Shown: positions 9,800 to 19,225, counted from the first letter of the stretch. The stretch is DNA of 64,000 nucleotides from Candidatus Bathyarchaeota archaeon (GCA_963811105.1 CAWEPZ010000009.1:160001-224000), one strand, 5' to 3'. A program made the numbers and translations. The notes: a model not told the origin generated them from the letters alone.

Positions 9800-10489
9800 A
9801 TGTATAAACCCTATCTAAGCATAGCGACGCAAGCGGTTTTTGGTTTAGCATTCCTTGCAATTTTATTGTGGCTTGCGCTGTTTTTGCCAGCTTGGACGCT
9901 GAATTATTGGCAAGCATGGATTTACTGGCTGGTTTTCTTGGTATGTATATTGGCAATCAGCACCTATTTTTTAAAAAAAGACCTTGGTCTTATTATGAGT
10001 CGGCTGAAGGTAGGGCCTGTTTCGGAAAAAGAGAATAGCCAAAAAATTACACAGGCGTTTGTGAGCATTTTTTTCATTTTGCTGCTTTTAGTTCCATCCA
10101 TTGATCATCACTTTCAATGGTCAAATGTCCCAATTTACTTGGTCTTAACAGGAGACATTTTTGTGGCACTTGGACTTCTAACTATTTTTCTCGTTTTTAA
10201 GGAAAACAGTTATACCTCGGTTCTTATTGAGGTGAACGAGGGTCAAAAAGTAATTTCGACAGGCCCTTACGGAGTAGTCCGCCACCCAATGTATTCAGGC
10301 GCTTTGCTTATGCTGCTCTTCACCCCTCTTGCTCTGGGTTCATTTTGGGGATTGCTCGCTTTTCCGCCCTTGTTGGCTGTAATTGCCGCGAGACTTCTTG
10401 AAGAAGAGAAGTTCCTCGCCAGAAAATTGTCAGGATATTCTGAATATTGCCAGAGGGTTCGTTACCGTTTAGTGCCCTTTTTGTGGTAG
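9800..10489 (+). CDS. Isoprenylcysteine carboxyl methyltransferase/PEMT family membrane protein
   Basis: VISTGPYGVVRHPMYSG and EEEKFL...GYSEYCQRVRYRLVP motifs. Confidence 0.9.
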   Translation: MYKPYLSIATQAVFGLAFLAILLWLALFLPAWTLNYWQAWIYWLVFLVCILAISTYFLKKDLGLIMSRLKVGPVSEKENSQKITQAFVSIFFILLLLVPSIDHHFQWSNVPIYLVLTGDIFVALGLLTIFLVFKENSYTSVLIEVNEGQKVISTGPYGVVRHPMYSGALLMLLFTPLALGSFWGLLAFPPLLAVIAARLLEEEKFLARKLSGYSEYCQRVRYRLVPFLW

Positions 10490-10491
10490 AT

Positions 10492-10650
10492 TCATTCGCC
10501 TCTCGTGTCGTTTCTGCAACATTCCGATTTTGGTCTATACTCTATTTTTTTGGTTCGTTGCTTATGATGCTTTTCACATTCCTTTATTCGTACAAGCATC
10601 CATTCATTTTCTTCGTAAACGCATCCGCAAACTAAAGTTTTGGTCGTCAA
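10492..10650 (-). CDS. Putative 52-aa Cys/His-rich microprotein
   Basis: TTG start after GGAG; MTTKTLVCGCVYEENEWMLVRIKECEKHHKQRTKKIEYRPKSECCRNDTRGE*. Confidence 0.35.
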   Translation of the reverse strand: MTTKTLVCGCVYEENEWMLVRIKECEKHHKQRTKKIEYRPKSECCRNDTRGE

Positions 10651-10708
10651 AACTGCTCCCTTCAAACAACGTTATCACTGCTTTAAGAGTTAGTCATAGA
10701 ACCTCATA

Positions 10709-11314
10709 ATGATTCCTCTCGCTATATTTGCTTTTTCATCACACAACCTAAATAAGCCATTTTCCCTATCCAGATTCACCTTGAACATTGAGAACGTTGT
10801 CTTTCCCAATTCTGTGGGCTTTCGATGCAAAAATTGCGGAGCTTGCTGCCGTACCCAGCCACCCGACGTAAGTAAAACAGAGCAAAAGCGCATCGAAGAA
10901 AAAGGATTCAAAGATTTCTTAGAGTCTCCAGATGAAAATGGAATTCGTTGGCTCCGCAGAAAGAAAGAGGGCGGTTGCTGGTTTCTGACAAAAGAAAACA
11001 AATGTGCAATATACGCTTTGAGGCCACAAGTTTGCAGGATTGAGCCATTCACCATTACCGACTTTGATTATAACCAAAACAGGATTGAGGTAGACCTGAA
11101 CTTTCCTTTTGCATGTTGCTGCTTGGGAACCTATGACGAAACCTCAATATTGCCAATCGAAGAAATCGCAAGAGCAGCTCAAATTCTTGTTCAAAAAATT
11201 CTAGCTATTACGGCTAACGACCTAAATCTTCCTATAACTGACAAGAGAGTTCGTGCTGAGACACGGTCAAGGCTGCTTCGCAGATTAGTGGAAATGGCAA
11301 ATCTAAGATTGTAG
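10709..11314 (+). CDS. YkgJ/UPF0153 cysteine-cluster (CxxCxxCC) protein
   Basis: FRCKNCGACC, CWFL, CAIYALRPQVCRIEPF; true start probably TTG near 10781. Confidence 0.88.
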   Translation: MIPLAIFAFSSHNLNKPFSLSRFTLNIENVVFPNSVGFRCKNCGACCRTQPPDVSKTEQKRIEEKGFKDFLESPDENGIRWLRRKKEGGCWFLTKENKCAIYALRPQVCRIEPFTITDFDYNQNRIEVDLNFPFACCCLGTYDETSILPIEEIARAAQILVQKILAITANDLNLPITDKRVRAETRSRLLRRLVEMANLRL

Positions 11315-11446
11315 CCGATTAGGGTTGAGGCCCTTGAAATGCCAGTATTTTTCTTTAATTGTTCAACTTCAATTAATTATCATCGTCAACTAAAAATAAA
11401 AAAATAAGAAAAATTGTTAAACTAATAAAGATGTTAGCTTAATAGC

Positions 11447-11590
11447 TTAATATCTTCTTGGTGGTCGTCTTTTTGCGTAGCATTCTCGGCAATAAACTGG
11501 CCTGCTTCCGTCTGGCTTGAAAGGAACATCACATTCTTTTCCGCAGTCTGCGCAGGTTGCCTTATGCATCTCTTTGTTTCCAAATGACAT
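11447..11590 (-). CDS. CxxC-x17-CxxC domain zinc-finger microprotein (47 aa; below ORF-track cutoff)
   Basis: MSFGNKEMHKATCADCGKECDVPFKPDGSRPVYCRECYAKRRPPRRY*; GAGG upstream. Confidence 0.9.
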   Translation of the reverse strand: MSFGNKEMHKATCADCGKECDVPFKPDGSRPVYCRECYAKRRPPRRY

Positions 11591-11880
11591 ATCTATTTTT
11601 CACTTCCTCTTTCACTTTTGCAAATCCTTTTGCAGGTTTGTTTAATGACGTGGTTACTCTAAAGCTTATCCTTTGGACTAAAATAAACCACCATCATTGC
11701 TGGAAGATAGACATATAGCACTAGTTGTAAATCAACTCTGGGTAGTGAAGCACTCTTAATCCGTAGCTTCCAATTGTCGCTGAATAATAGTAAGCTTTTT
11801 GAGGTTATCGCGACCCAACCAACTAATTACAACTCATAATTGACAAGCTTTTTAAAACTGTAATATAAGCAATTAAAAAC

Positions 11881-12387
11881 ATGACAGATGTAAAGCGTAA
11901 AATCTTACTTATCCTGTTATCTCTAACAATTATTGGCGAAATATTATCAATAATTATATGGGCAAATGTCCCTAGGGAACGTTTTACTCTTGCGGCAAGT
12001 TGGGAAATTGCAGTTCTAAACGCAGTTATTATGATACCTATTAATCTGATGGCGCTGTTTTGGATTATAAAACGTCACAAGACAGCCTTAATTTTCTTGA
12101 TCGCTATTTCAATTGCGAACAGGACAATATCGCAATTCATTTTCAATGGCGGTATACATTTAGTATTCGTAACCTGGACCGCGCTGTTAGTAGTCTTCGC
12201 TTATTTAGAATATAGACAGCCCAACACCCTTGAAGCTTTCTTTCTAACTGGAGGAGTCATTTTCGCGTTTATAGCGTCCATTTTGATTTTTGCTTTTACA
12301 GGCAATACATTTTTTGGCATTGCTGCTTACACTCTTGTGCTAGTCTTCATGATAGGAGTCTTGATAGCAATCAAAAAAATTCGATAG
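11881..12387 (+). CDS. Hypothetical multi-pass membrane protein
   Basis: About 6 hydrophobic segments, 168 aa. Confidence 0.7.
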   Translation: MTDVKRKILLILLSLTIIGEILSIIIWANVPRERFTLAASWEIAVLNAVIMIPINLMALFWIIKRHKTALIFLIAISIANRTISQFIFNGGIHLVFVTWTALLVVFAYLEYRQPNTLEAFFLTGGVIFAFIASILIFAFTGNTFFGIAAYTLVLVFMIGVLIAIKKIR

Positions 12388-12596
12388 CTTTTTTGTTTAA
12401 GTGAAAGGGTTCGATGTTGTTTGTCGTACTATGAAGTCTCAGTCTCTTCAATCTTAAGGTTAGTCACTGATTTAGAAAAATGCCGCAAAATTATGTATTC
12501 TAAAACAGCTAACTGTGTATGATCTATTTTATGGTTGTTGCTCGATTAGCCAATTTTTTTTCAAAACTGAAAAACGCGAAAAGAGCTGCGGATGTG

Positions 12597-12643
12597 GAGC
12601 AACACGCGAAAACGGAGCGACGTAAGGCTAATTCGTTTAAGTT
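12597..12643. repeat. GC-rich dispersed motif, copy A
   Basis: gagcaacacgcgaaaacggagcgacgtaaggctaattcgtttaagtt aligns by eye to 13665-13713. Confidence 0.5.
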
Positions 12644-12646
12644 CGC

Positions 12647-12868
12647 TTATGGGTGTTTTCTCTTATTTGATACAAATTCAAGAACAAATAGGAGGAGTAA
12701 AATAATTCCAACAACCGCTAATCCTACCCCAATATAGGCTACCAAGCTACTTTCTATGTGGTTGGTCTTTGCTGAAGACCTTAATTTACCAACTAATATG
12801 ATAACTATTCCAGTAAGTAGCAAAATAATGCCTACTCTACCAACAATTATTCCATACTCTTTGGACAT
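12647..12868 (-). CDS. Small 2-TM hypothetical protein
   Basis: Two hydrophobic helices; GGGG upstream. Confidence 0.6.
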   Translation of the reverse strand: MSKEYGIIVGRVGIILLLTGIVIILVGKLRSSAKTNHIESSLVAYIGVGLAVVGIILLLLFVLEFVSNKRKHP

Positions 12869-12920
12869 TTCTTTTTCCCCTTGATAATAATTGAGTAGGA
12901 TGCTCCTGAAATAGTCTAAA

Positions 12921-12944
12921 GATCCACGAAAGCAGAAAGCGGAA
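12921..12944. repeat. GC-rich dispersed motif, partial copy C
   Basis: gatccacgaaagcagaaagcggaa versus gacccgcgaaagcggaagcgaa in copy B. Confidence 0.35.
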
Positions 12945-13073
12945 AATACAAAGGGCGAAAATGCCCAACGTCCTTAAAGTTTAAGGAGTTTGCACTATAA
13001 GAAAAAGACGTATAAAAGAGTCAATGACTTGTCACATGTAACAACCCGATAGACAACGTTGATGTAGGTAGTA

Positions 13074-13421
13074 ATGAACCCTAAAATTAAATCGGTAAAA
13101 ACTATTTCAAACAAGATCCTTGGAAATGTTTGGAAGAGGATTTCGGACAAGCCGTTACCCGATGTTTTGGCTTACACTTTGACCGATAAGGCTTTCATTT
13201 CCAACATAAAATTATTGCAGAAAAACGGGGGCGAAATTGATACTAGATTTAAGGAGTATGGAACGGATTTCAATGTCGAGTTTATTGAGGCATGTACTTT
13301 TGAGTTTGAAGGGCACTTGATTGTTTTTGTAAGGGAATCTGTGCCTTTGGTTAATGCGTTAGAGCATGAGTTAAAGCATGTGGCTAAATGGAAACATTTG
13401 GATATGCATGGCGACTCTTAG
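13074..13421 (+). CDS. Hypothetical protein with HExxH zincin-like motif
   Basis: ALEHELKH near the C-terminus. Confidence 0.6.
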   Translation: MNPKIKSVKTISNKILGNVWKRISDKPLPDVLAYTLTDKAFISNIKLLQKNGGEIDTRFKEYGTDFNVEFIEACTFEFEGHLIVFVRESVPLVNALEHELKHVAKWKHLDMHGDS

Positions 13422-13664
13422 GTTATCATCCACCAAATTAATTTTTTTGGCAAAATAATGCAAAAATAAGGTAGACAAGGTATTGGACTAAGGACTTGAT
13501 TTTCTTAGCAGTATCTTTTGATTCTCAAAGTGTTCTACGCCCCTCGAAGCTTCCAGATCTTGTTTAAGTGGCGTGAATCTATGCAAGATGTGGGGATACA
13601 AGAAGATGAAGATGACTCAGATTTACAATTTCTTTCCAAGTTTCTTTTTGAAAGAAAGGAAAGC

Positions 13665-13713
13665 GAGCGACCCGCGAAAGCGGAAGCGAAGCGGCAAGTG
13701 AATCGTTTGAATT
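13665..13713. repeat. GC-rich dispersed motif, copy B
   Basis: gagcgacccgcgaaagcggaagcgaagcggcaagtgaatcgtttgaatt; contains ccgc-gaaa-gcgg hairpin. Confidence 0.5.
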
Positions 13714-13741
13714 TTGGTCTATCTGAAAGGGATTCTAACGA

Positions 13742-14041
13742 TTAGGTTGTGTAAGCCTGTTCACTTTTCTTGTTGCTTGTGCTTTGAGTTGGCATAGGCG
13801 GCGCAGGAGCAAGATACGTCTTGTCCTTTGTTTCTATCTCAACTCTTGGGTTCAACGCGAAGTTGTAAATAGGTGTCCCATCAGGGGCTTTTCTATCTAC
13901 TGCCACGCCAATTCTTCCAATGTCTACATGAACTTTTAGAAGGTTACCATCTTCTAACCGGAAATTTACTACGTTACTTCCAACAAGCTTTGCTGTAATT
14001 TGCCTATATTTTATTTGTTCCTGAGTCAAAGATAACACCAT
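13742..14041 (-). CDS. Hypothetical protein (accessory-type, LEDG...DGxPxY)
   Basis: 99-aa beta-rich ORF with FRLEDGNLLK and DGTPIY. Confidence 0.6.
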   Translation of the reverse strand: MVLSLTQEQIKYRQITAKLVGSNVVNFRLEDGNLLKVHVDIGRIGVAVDRKAPDGTPIYNFALNPRVEIETKDKTYLAPAPPMPTQSTSNKKSEQAYTT

Positions 14042-14228
14042 TTTCTCATAGAGTCAGATATGTAATATGTCTAGGAATTTAAGATTTATTTTCAAATTTT
14101 GAGTAAATACAAGCAGAATTATTATCCACCCTGAAAGCAAGGATTAGCTATAACTAATAAAAATAATTTAAGTAAATTAGTTTTCCGCGAGTTAAACGCA
14201 TTTGGTTTAAAACAATTCCTTCTGAAAA

Positions 14229-14457
14229 CTAATTATTTGCGTTTTTTGAATATCTGTATTCCTTCGATTGTTGTAACTCATTGAAAGCCTTTTTCTATGC
14301 AAGCACTAATTGATCTCCTGATTTCTTTTTTTGCCTTTTTAAATCAGACTGTTGTTTTCTTAGGGCTGCCTTGGCATCGCCTAGTGTAACAACTTCAATG
14401 GTGTTTCCAGCGATAACAACTTTAAAAGCTACCATTTCTAACCCCGTTTTTATTCAC
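14229..14457 (-). pseudogene. Frameshifted small hypothetical gene
   Basis: VNKNGVRNGSFKVVIAGNTIEVVTLGDAKAALR continues in another frame as KQQSDLKRQKKEIRRSISACIEKAFNELQ across an A-run. Confidence 0.3.
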
Positions 14458-14889
14458 CTACCGTGCTTGTAGGACTATCGACATATGTCCGCTCAAGTGC
14501 AGCCCATTCGTTAATCCTGACATTTGTTTTCTTAAAATTATTTTTTTTGCATTGCGAAGGTTCTGCAAGACCCGATTTTGTCATATTTGGTAAGCTGCAC
14601 ATGATTCGCCATTGGGAGCTGTATTCTATTATGTTTTATGAATTACTAATCCACATGGAGATAATTAATGCCGCTTGTTTGTTCTTGCACGTTTTTCCTT
14701 GAAAGTGGATTGCTGTATATTTGAATGTCCTTTTTTCTCTAGCAACTTCTCCGTAGCATGCTTTTTTTCTGTGCGAAGGGAAGGAACGTAGTTGCTTGTC
14801 TAGTTTGATTACTGTCTTTGGTATTAGTTGTAGAGGAAAAAAGAGGTATTTGTGTTTCCTGAATCTACTGCTGTCTACAACAAAGATTT

Positions 14890-15202
14890 GGGCTGGTGTA
14901 TTGGCAGTAACCCGCCTTCTGTTATTGTGGCATTCGGCTAATCGGGCTACCCGCGCCTTCTGGTAGAGACTTCATCGGCGGCTGTTTGCCCTTTCCACTT
15001 GCAGGACGGCCGTTTCACCGCTTCCAAACTGGCGCACTCTACATCACAAATGTGTCATCGCCCAGTCCAGTTGGACGTTTCGTTTCTGCTCCGTTGCCAA
15101 GGTTCTCACCCTGTCCAGGGGACTGCAATTCTACATGTGGGCGGAGTTTCCTCAGACCCAGCATTTTTCGGGTCCGACAGCCACACACCAACTCGCCAGC
15201 CC
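14890..15202 (-). ncRNA. rnpB: RNase P RNA
   Basis: Minus strand has GAGGAAACTCC (CR-I), GCAGAAAC (CR-II), GTGAAACGG (CR-III), AACAGAAGGCGGGTTA (CR-V); terminal P1 GGGCTGG/CCAGCCC. Confidence 0.95.
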
Positions 15203-15259
15203 ACACCACTATGCATAATCGGAAGCAATAAGAATTTCTAATCTTATCTGTAACTAATC

Positions 15260-15844
15260 ATGAAAAAACGCGTTATCCTCATTACAGGCACTCCCGCCAC
15301 AGGCAAAACAACCACAGCAAAACAACTAGCAACAAAACTTGACGCAGAATACATTAACCTCACCGACTACGCCAAAACCCACAAATTAACACTTAGAGAA
15401 GACAAAGAAAGAAAAACCACCATAATAAACGAAGAAGAAATGCCTAAAAAACTCACGGAAACCATAAACTCCTCAACTAAAGCCAACATTATAATAGACG
15501 GACACTATGCCAGCGCTGTAACACCAACCGAGCTTGTCACAAAAGTTTTTGTATTGCGGCGAAACCCCAAAGAACTAAAAAAATTCATGGAGAAATGCGG
15601 TTTTGAAGGCGCCAAGCTTTGGGAGAACCTGTCTGCAGAAATCCTTGATGTATGCTTAATTGAAGCGTTGCAGATGCAGGAAGGCAAGGTTTGCGAGTTA
15701 GACATTACCGGAAAAACAGTTGATGAAGCAGTAGCAAATATTATGGATATTTTGGATCAGGGCAAGAAATGTTTTGTTGGTGTTGTGGATTGGCTAGGAA
15801 TGCTGGAACATGAAGGCTTAACTGATCAATACCTCAAAGCTTGA
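15260..15844 (+). CDS. Adenylate kinase AK6/CINAP/Fap7 family
   Basis: ITGTPATGKTT P-loop, IIIDGH motif, ENLSAEILD. Confidence 0.9.
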   Translation: MKKRVILITGTPATGKTTTAKQLATKLDAEYINLTDYAKTHKLTLREDKERKTTIINEEEMPKKLTETINSSTKANIIIDGHYASAVTPTELVTKVFVLRRNPKELKKFMEKCGFEGAKLWENLSAEILDVCLIEALQMQEGKVCELDITGKTVDEAVANIMDILDQGKKCFVGVVDWLGMLEHEGLTDQYLKA

Positions 15845-15846
15845 GG

Positions 15847-16209
15847 TTAAATGAAGCTACTTATTTTCTGCTTTGTCAGCAAAGTAATTTTGCGTCTGTT
15901 TGCGTATGATTTGGCGTGGTCACTAAATTTTTCAGCAATCATAATTGGACTGCCCAAATCCACGTCTTCCGAAGATGTATCCAGATGGATAATTAGGTTT
16001 ACGCCCACGGTTCTGTTCCAATCTCGGATCCAAACACCCTGCTCAACACGGCCTTTCTGGACGATAAGGTCAAAATGCCTAGATACCCCACTGTGCCCTT
16101 CAAGCACTGCATTTTCACTGTTAAGTCTGTAGCCTTCCTTCTTGAAGTATACAACTGCTAAGTCCATTAAACGAGACCTAGCTTTAGGCTGGTCTTCTTC
16201 AATACTCAT
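15847..16209 (-). CDS. Mrr-like PD-(D/E)xK restriction endonuclease-domain protein
   Basis: GHSGVSRHFD, VGVN, FSDHAKSYA...ITL typical of Mrr_cat-like domains. Confidence 0.7.
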   Translation of the reverse strand: MSIEEDQPKARSRLMDLAVVYFKKEGYRLNSENAVLEGHSGVSRHFDLIVQKGRVEQGVWIRDWNRTVGVNLIIHLDTSSEDVDLGSPIMIAEKFSDHAKSYANRRKITLLTKQKISSFI

Positions 16210-16303
16210 ACGCTCGGTCTTCCCTGCTAACCCTTATGAACTTGTATGTGGAAAAGCCTTTCTATTGACTTTTCCATGTTGAAATATTCTTTCTACTAAC
16301 TTT

Positions 16304-17210
16304 TTAAACCACATAATTGCTGAACCTCTTAGGCTTCTTGAAACAGTGGTGTTCAACGTCGTTGATTTTTATGACGGAGTATTCTGTCCAGCCTTCCATG
16401 CCTAGCTTGAGTATGTCCTCAACGGTTGTTGCGCTTGTCGTGTCAAATTCGATGTCTTTGAACTGTATTCTGCCGATGTACTTCATTGTGTTTTTGATTT
16501 GTTTGTGACCTAATAGCTTCTTAACAGTTAACACGTTGCCGTTAGTATGGTGGGCAATCATTGTTCCTGCCCATGTTCTGAAAGCTGTGAAGTCAATCGC
16601 TAATAGCCTGGGGTTTTTCTGGTTTTCAGCAGCTCTTTTACGATAAGTTACAAAGCTTTTTAGCATCGCATCGTAATTTTTTGCGAAAATTCTTTCGTCT
16701 TTTCTTGGGTAGTGCATCAATCATTGCTAACAGCTTGTTTGATACTTGGAGTGTTCTTGTAAGGTGGTTTTTTACAGGATAACGTATGCTATTGCTTTGT
16801 TTGCGTTGTCGACGTCTAACCATTTGATTCTAAGAACTTCTCCTGGATCTCCGAATGTTTCTTTTAGGCATTGTAGAAAAGTAGATAATCGCTTAGATTT
16901 TGTTGTAGCGTTAATTAATGCCGTCTAATTCGGTTTCATCAGGTACAACGGGGCCAAAATCTTCTGGCTGTAGGTGGGCATTTCCCATTGAAGCTTAAGC
17001 ATTTTAGCTAAGGCATCGCAAGCGTAGCAGTAGAAGAGTTTAGTTCCGTTTTTATTTTTTTCTCCGTTTTTGGGCCTCATTTGCCCAATAACAGTTTTAA
17101 CGTTTTCAGGATCTCTTAAGTTAGCTCCGAGATAAGCAAGATGTTTAACTTTCAACGTAGTCGCTTTCAGATGAATAACCTTCTTTTTCTAGATAAGCGT
17201 AGAGCTGCGT
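16304..17210 (-). pseudogene. Multiply frameshifted tyrosine recombinase/integrase
   Basis: Pieces in different frames: YLEKEGY; GANLRDPENVK; FLQCLKETFGDPGE; PVKNHLTR; AFRTWAGT...LLGHKQIKNTMKY. Confidence 0.85.
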
Positions 17211-17358
17211 TAGCCTCGTCCATTGCGAGAAGCTAGTAAAAACCCAATTTTTCTCCCGCATATTGAGCAAGGACATCCCAGTCCTCAATAATATTTACCA
17301 CTTTTTTGTCACCTTGACTTTTCGAGCGCGCCTGAGTTTAAGAACAATCTGGCGCCTT

Positions 17359-17417
17359 CAAGGAAACTCCTTGTGACCCCCTTCACGGGGTTTCCTTGTG
17401 AGGGGTCTCACGGAAAC
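17359..17417. other. GC-rich structured element with alternative pairings upstream of the integrase
   Basis: caaggaaac/gtttccttg stem; TCCTTGTGA present twice; gtgag-gggt-ctcac hairpin. Confidence 0.45.
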
Positions 17418-17469
17418 TACCCAAAACTTTTAATCAACTTTTAATACGTGAGACGATCACTAATAAAAC

Positions 17470-17697
17470 ATGGACATCACTCTTTTTGCGATAGGCGTAT
17501 TCTGCATTATCTGGGGTTTGCCATTTTGTTTCCCATGCCAAGTTATTACGCTTTGGGAAAAAATGTCAAAAGATAAAACAAGCCAAACAAATCAAGAGCC
17601 ATACCAACACGTAAAAAGCGTTAGGACTTTTGGTTTGGCATTCATTGCTATTGGTGTTATTCTAATACTTCTCAGCTTTACAGGTTTTGTGAAGTGA
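17470..17697 (+). CDS. Small 2-TM hypothetical protein
   Basis: Two hydrophobic helices, 75 aa. Confidence 0.55.
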   Translation: MDITLFAIGVFCIIWGLPFCFPCQVITLWEKMSKDKTSQTNQEPYQHVKSVRTFGLAFIAIGVILILLSFTGFVK

Positions 17698-17778
17698 AGA
17701 CATCAATCTTCTTGTTTTCGTCCTTGAATTGAATCACCGGCCACGCAAAAAACTGCAATCAACACAGAAAGGCAACTT

Positions 17779-17922
17779 TTAATTTGCCCCCGATTCGATT
17801 TGCAGTAATGCCCTCTTGCTTATCATCTCAAGCTCGTGATAGTCGGCATTAAAGTTTAAGGACATACCAACGAGGAACATACGCAGCATAATGGCTGTCG
17901 CTTCTATCTCTTTTTGCTTCAA
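17779..17922 (-). CDS. Putative 47-aa microprotein
   Basis: GGAGGA before TTG; MKQKEIEATAIMLRMFLVGMSLNFNADYHELEMISKRALLQIESGAN*. Confidence 0.4.
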   Translation of the reverse strand: MKQKEIEATAIMLRMFLVGMSLNFNADYHELEMISKRALLQIESGAN

Positions 17923-18085
17923 GAAATAATCCTCCAGATAAATCCAGAACCCTTACCAAATTGAGAATTTTTAGAAAACAGAAAAAAAAATTGGGTTAAC
18001 TTTGGTCTAGAAAAGACAAAAGTTATATTTTGCGGGAGACGCGAAAAGGTGAACAGATGAAAAGCTTTTCGGAAACAAACAAGAA

Positions 18086-18328
18086 ATGAAACCTACACTC
18101 ATAGTAAAATGCCCACAATGCGGCGGTTTAATGTTGATCACAAAAGGACAAAAAACAAAAATCTGCCCCTACTGCGGCGCACTCGTAATCCTATTGAAAG
18201 CCCAAAAAATAGCGTGTGCAAGCAACGCCTTCGAAGCTTCGGAGCTCCTTCGGAAACTAAAGAGAGAACAAGGGTTTGGTCCCAAAGCTTTAACGCACGA
18301 AACGCAGCATTTCGCAGCTCTTGCATAG
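18086..18328 (+). CDS. DUF1922-like zinc-ribbon protein
   Basis: CPQCG...QKTKICPYCG...AFEASELLRKLK. Confidence 0.75.
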   Translation: MKPTLIVKCPQCGGLMLITKGQKTKICPYCGALVILLKAQKIACASNAFEASELLRKLKREQGFGPKALTHETQHFAALA

Positions 18329-19225
18329 ATCAGCTGCAGATGGCTCGCCACACTCAATACAGGTTTTATATTTTTCTCGCTTTGCTGTTTCTTCTAACGC
18401 TGGCCTCAAACGTTCTATGGCTTTGAAAACAGTGAATTTGGTTCCAGCATGCTTGGCTTCCATATGGTTAAGCATATCGCGAACATCGTTGCGTAAGGCT
18501 TCCGAAGCGTAGGGGCAAGGTGTATCTTGAAACTTTATGTTTTTAATATATGCATAAAGTGCGCTTTCGTTTTCGGGAATTTCACAGAAAGGCTTAATCT
18601 TCTGCACAAAAAGCGAATGCACCTCGCTGGTTACCGGTTTTTCTTTTGCCAACCTCATTACATCGCCATGAAAAATATTCATAAGAACCGTTTGGACCTC
18701 GTCATCTAGAGTATGAGCGGTGGCAACTTTAGTTGCGTTGACTTGCCGTGCTCCAGCGTTTATGGCTTTGCGTCGAAGTACCCCGCAGTACGCGCAGGCT
18801 GTAAGTTGGGTTTCGCCTTTTCCTCGAACTTTAGCCACAATTTCATCAAGAGTGAAGCCGTAAAGCTCTTTGAAGGATACAACATGGTGGGGGATTTCAA
18901 GAAGTTTACAGTTTGCTGCTGCAATTTCTAAAGCTTCATCCCTGTAGCCAGCGATACCTTCATCTACAGTAACTGCGGTTAAGGTGGTTTTTGGGCGGTT
19001 TCGTTTCTGTTTGGCCAAGATGTGCAGCAGGCTTAGGCTGTCTTTGCCGCCTGAAACTGCAACAGCTAAATGATCATTAAAACTGAGCATACGATAGCGG
19101 GTAATCGTGGCTCTTACTTTAGCTTCGATGGATTGGCTAAAGCATTTTTTGCAGAGCGTTTCACCTGAATACTGTCTATGAAAGAACGCTTCCTTGGTTT
19201 TGCAGGCACTGGCAGACGGGTGCAT
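18290..19225 (-). CDS. tRNA 2-thiolation protein TtuA/Ncs6 (TIGR00269 family)
   Basis: SGGKDS PP-loop, CAYCGVLRR, AHTLDD, CPY, terminal Zn fingers. Confidence 0.92.
   Translation of the reverse strand: MHPSASACKTKEAFFHRQYSGETLCKKCFSQSIEAKVRATITRYRMLSFNDHLAVAVSGGKDSLSLLHILAKQKRNRPKTTLTAVTVDEGIAGYRDEALEIAAANCKLLEIPHHVVSFKELYGFTLDEIVAKVRGKGETQLTACAYCGVLRRKAINAGARQVNATKVATAHTLDDEVQTVLMNIFHGDVMRLAKEKPVTSEVHSLFVQKIKPFCEIPENESALYAYIKNIKFQDTPCPYASEALRNDVRDMLNHMEAKHAGTKFTVFKAIERLRPALEETAKREKYKTCIECGEPSAADLCKSCEMLRFVR

Noticed and set aside
12519-13745. ORFs 12519-12737 and 13518-13745
   Set aside because: Their shared AKxE...NxxxFG similarity is just translation of the repeated DNA motif; treated as non-coding repeats
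12560-14041. Canonical integron attC array or CRISPR array
   Set aside because: No RYYYAAC/GTTRRRY ends, irregular spacing, divergent copies, no IntI or cas genes
11600-14890. Element integrated into the rnpB 3' end
   Set aside because: No duplicated rnpB 3' sequence found by eye at the distal side
14986-15241. ORFs 14986-15231 and 14999-15241
   Set aside because: Antisense shadows of the RNase P RNA gene
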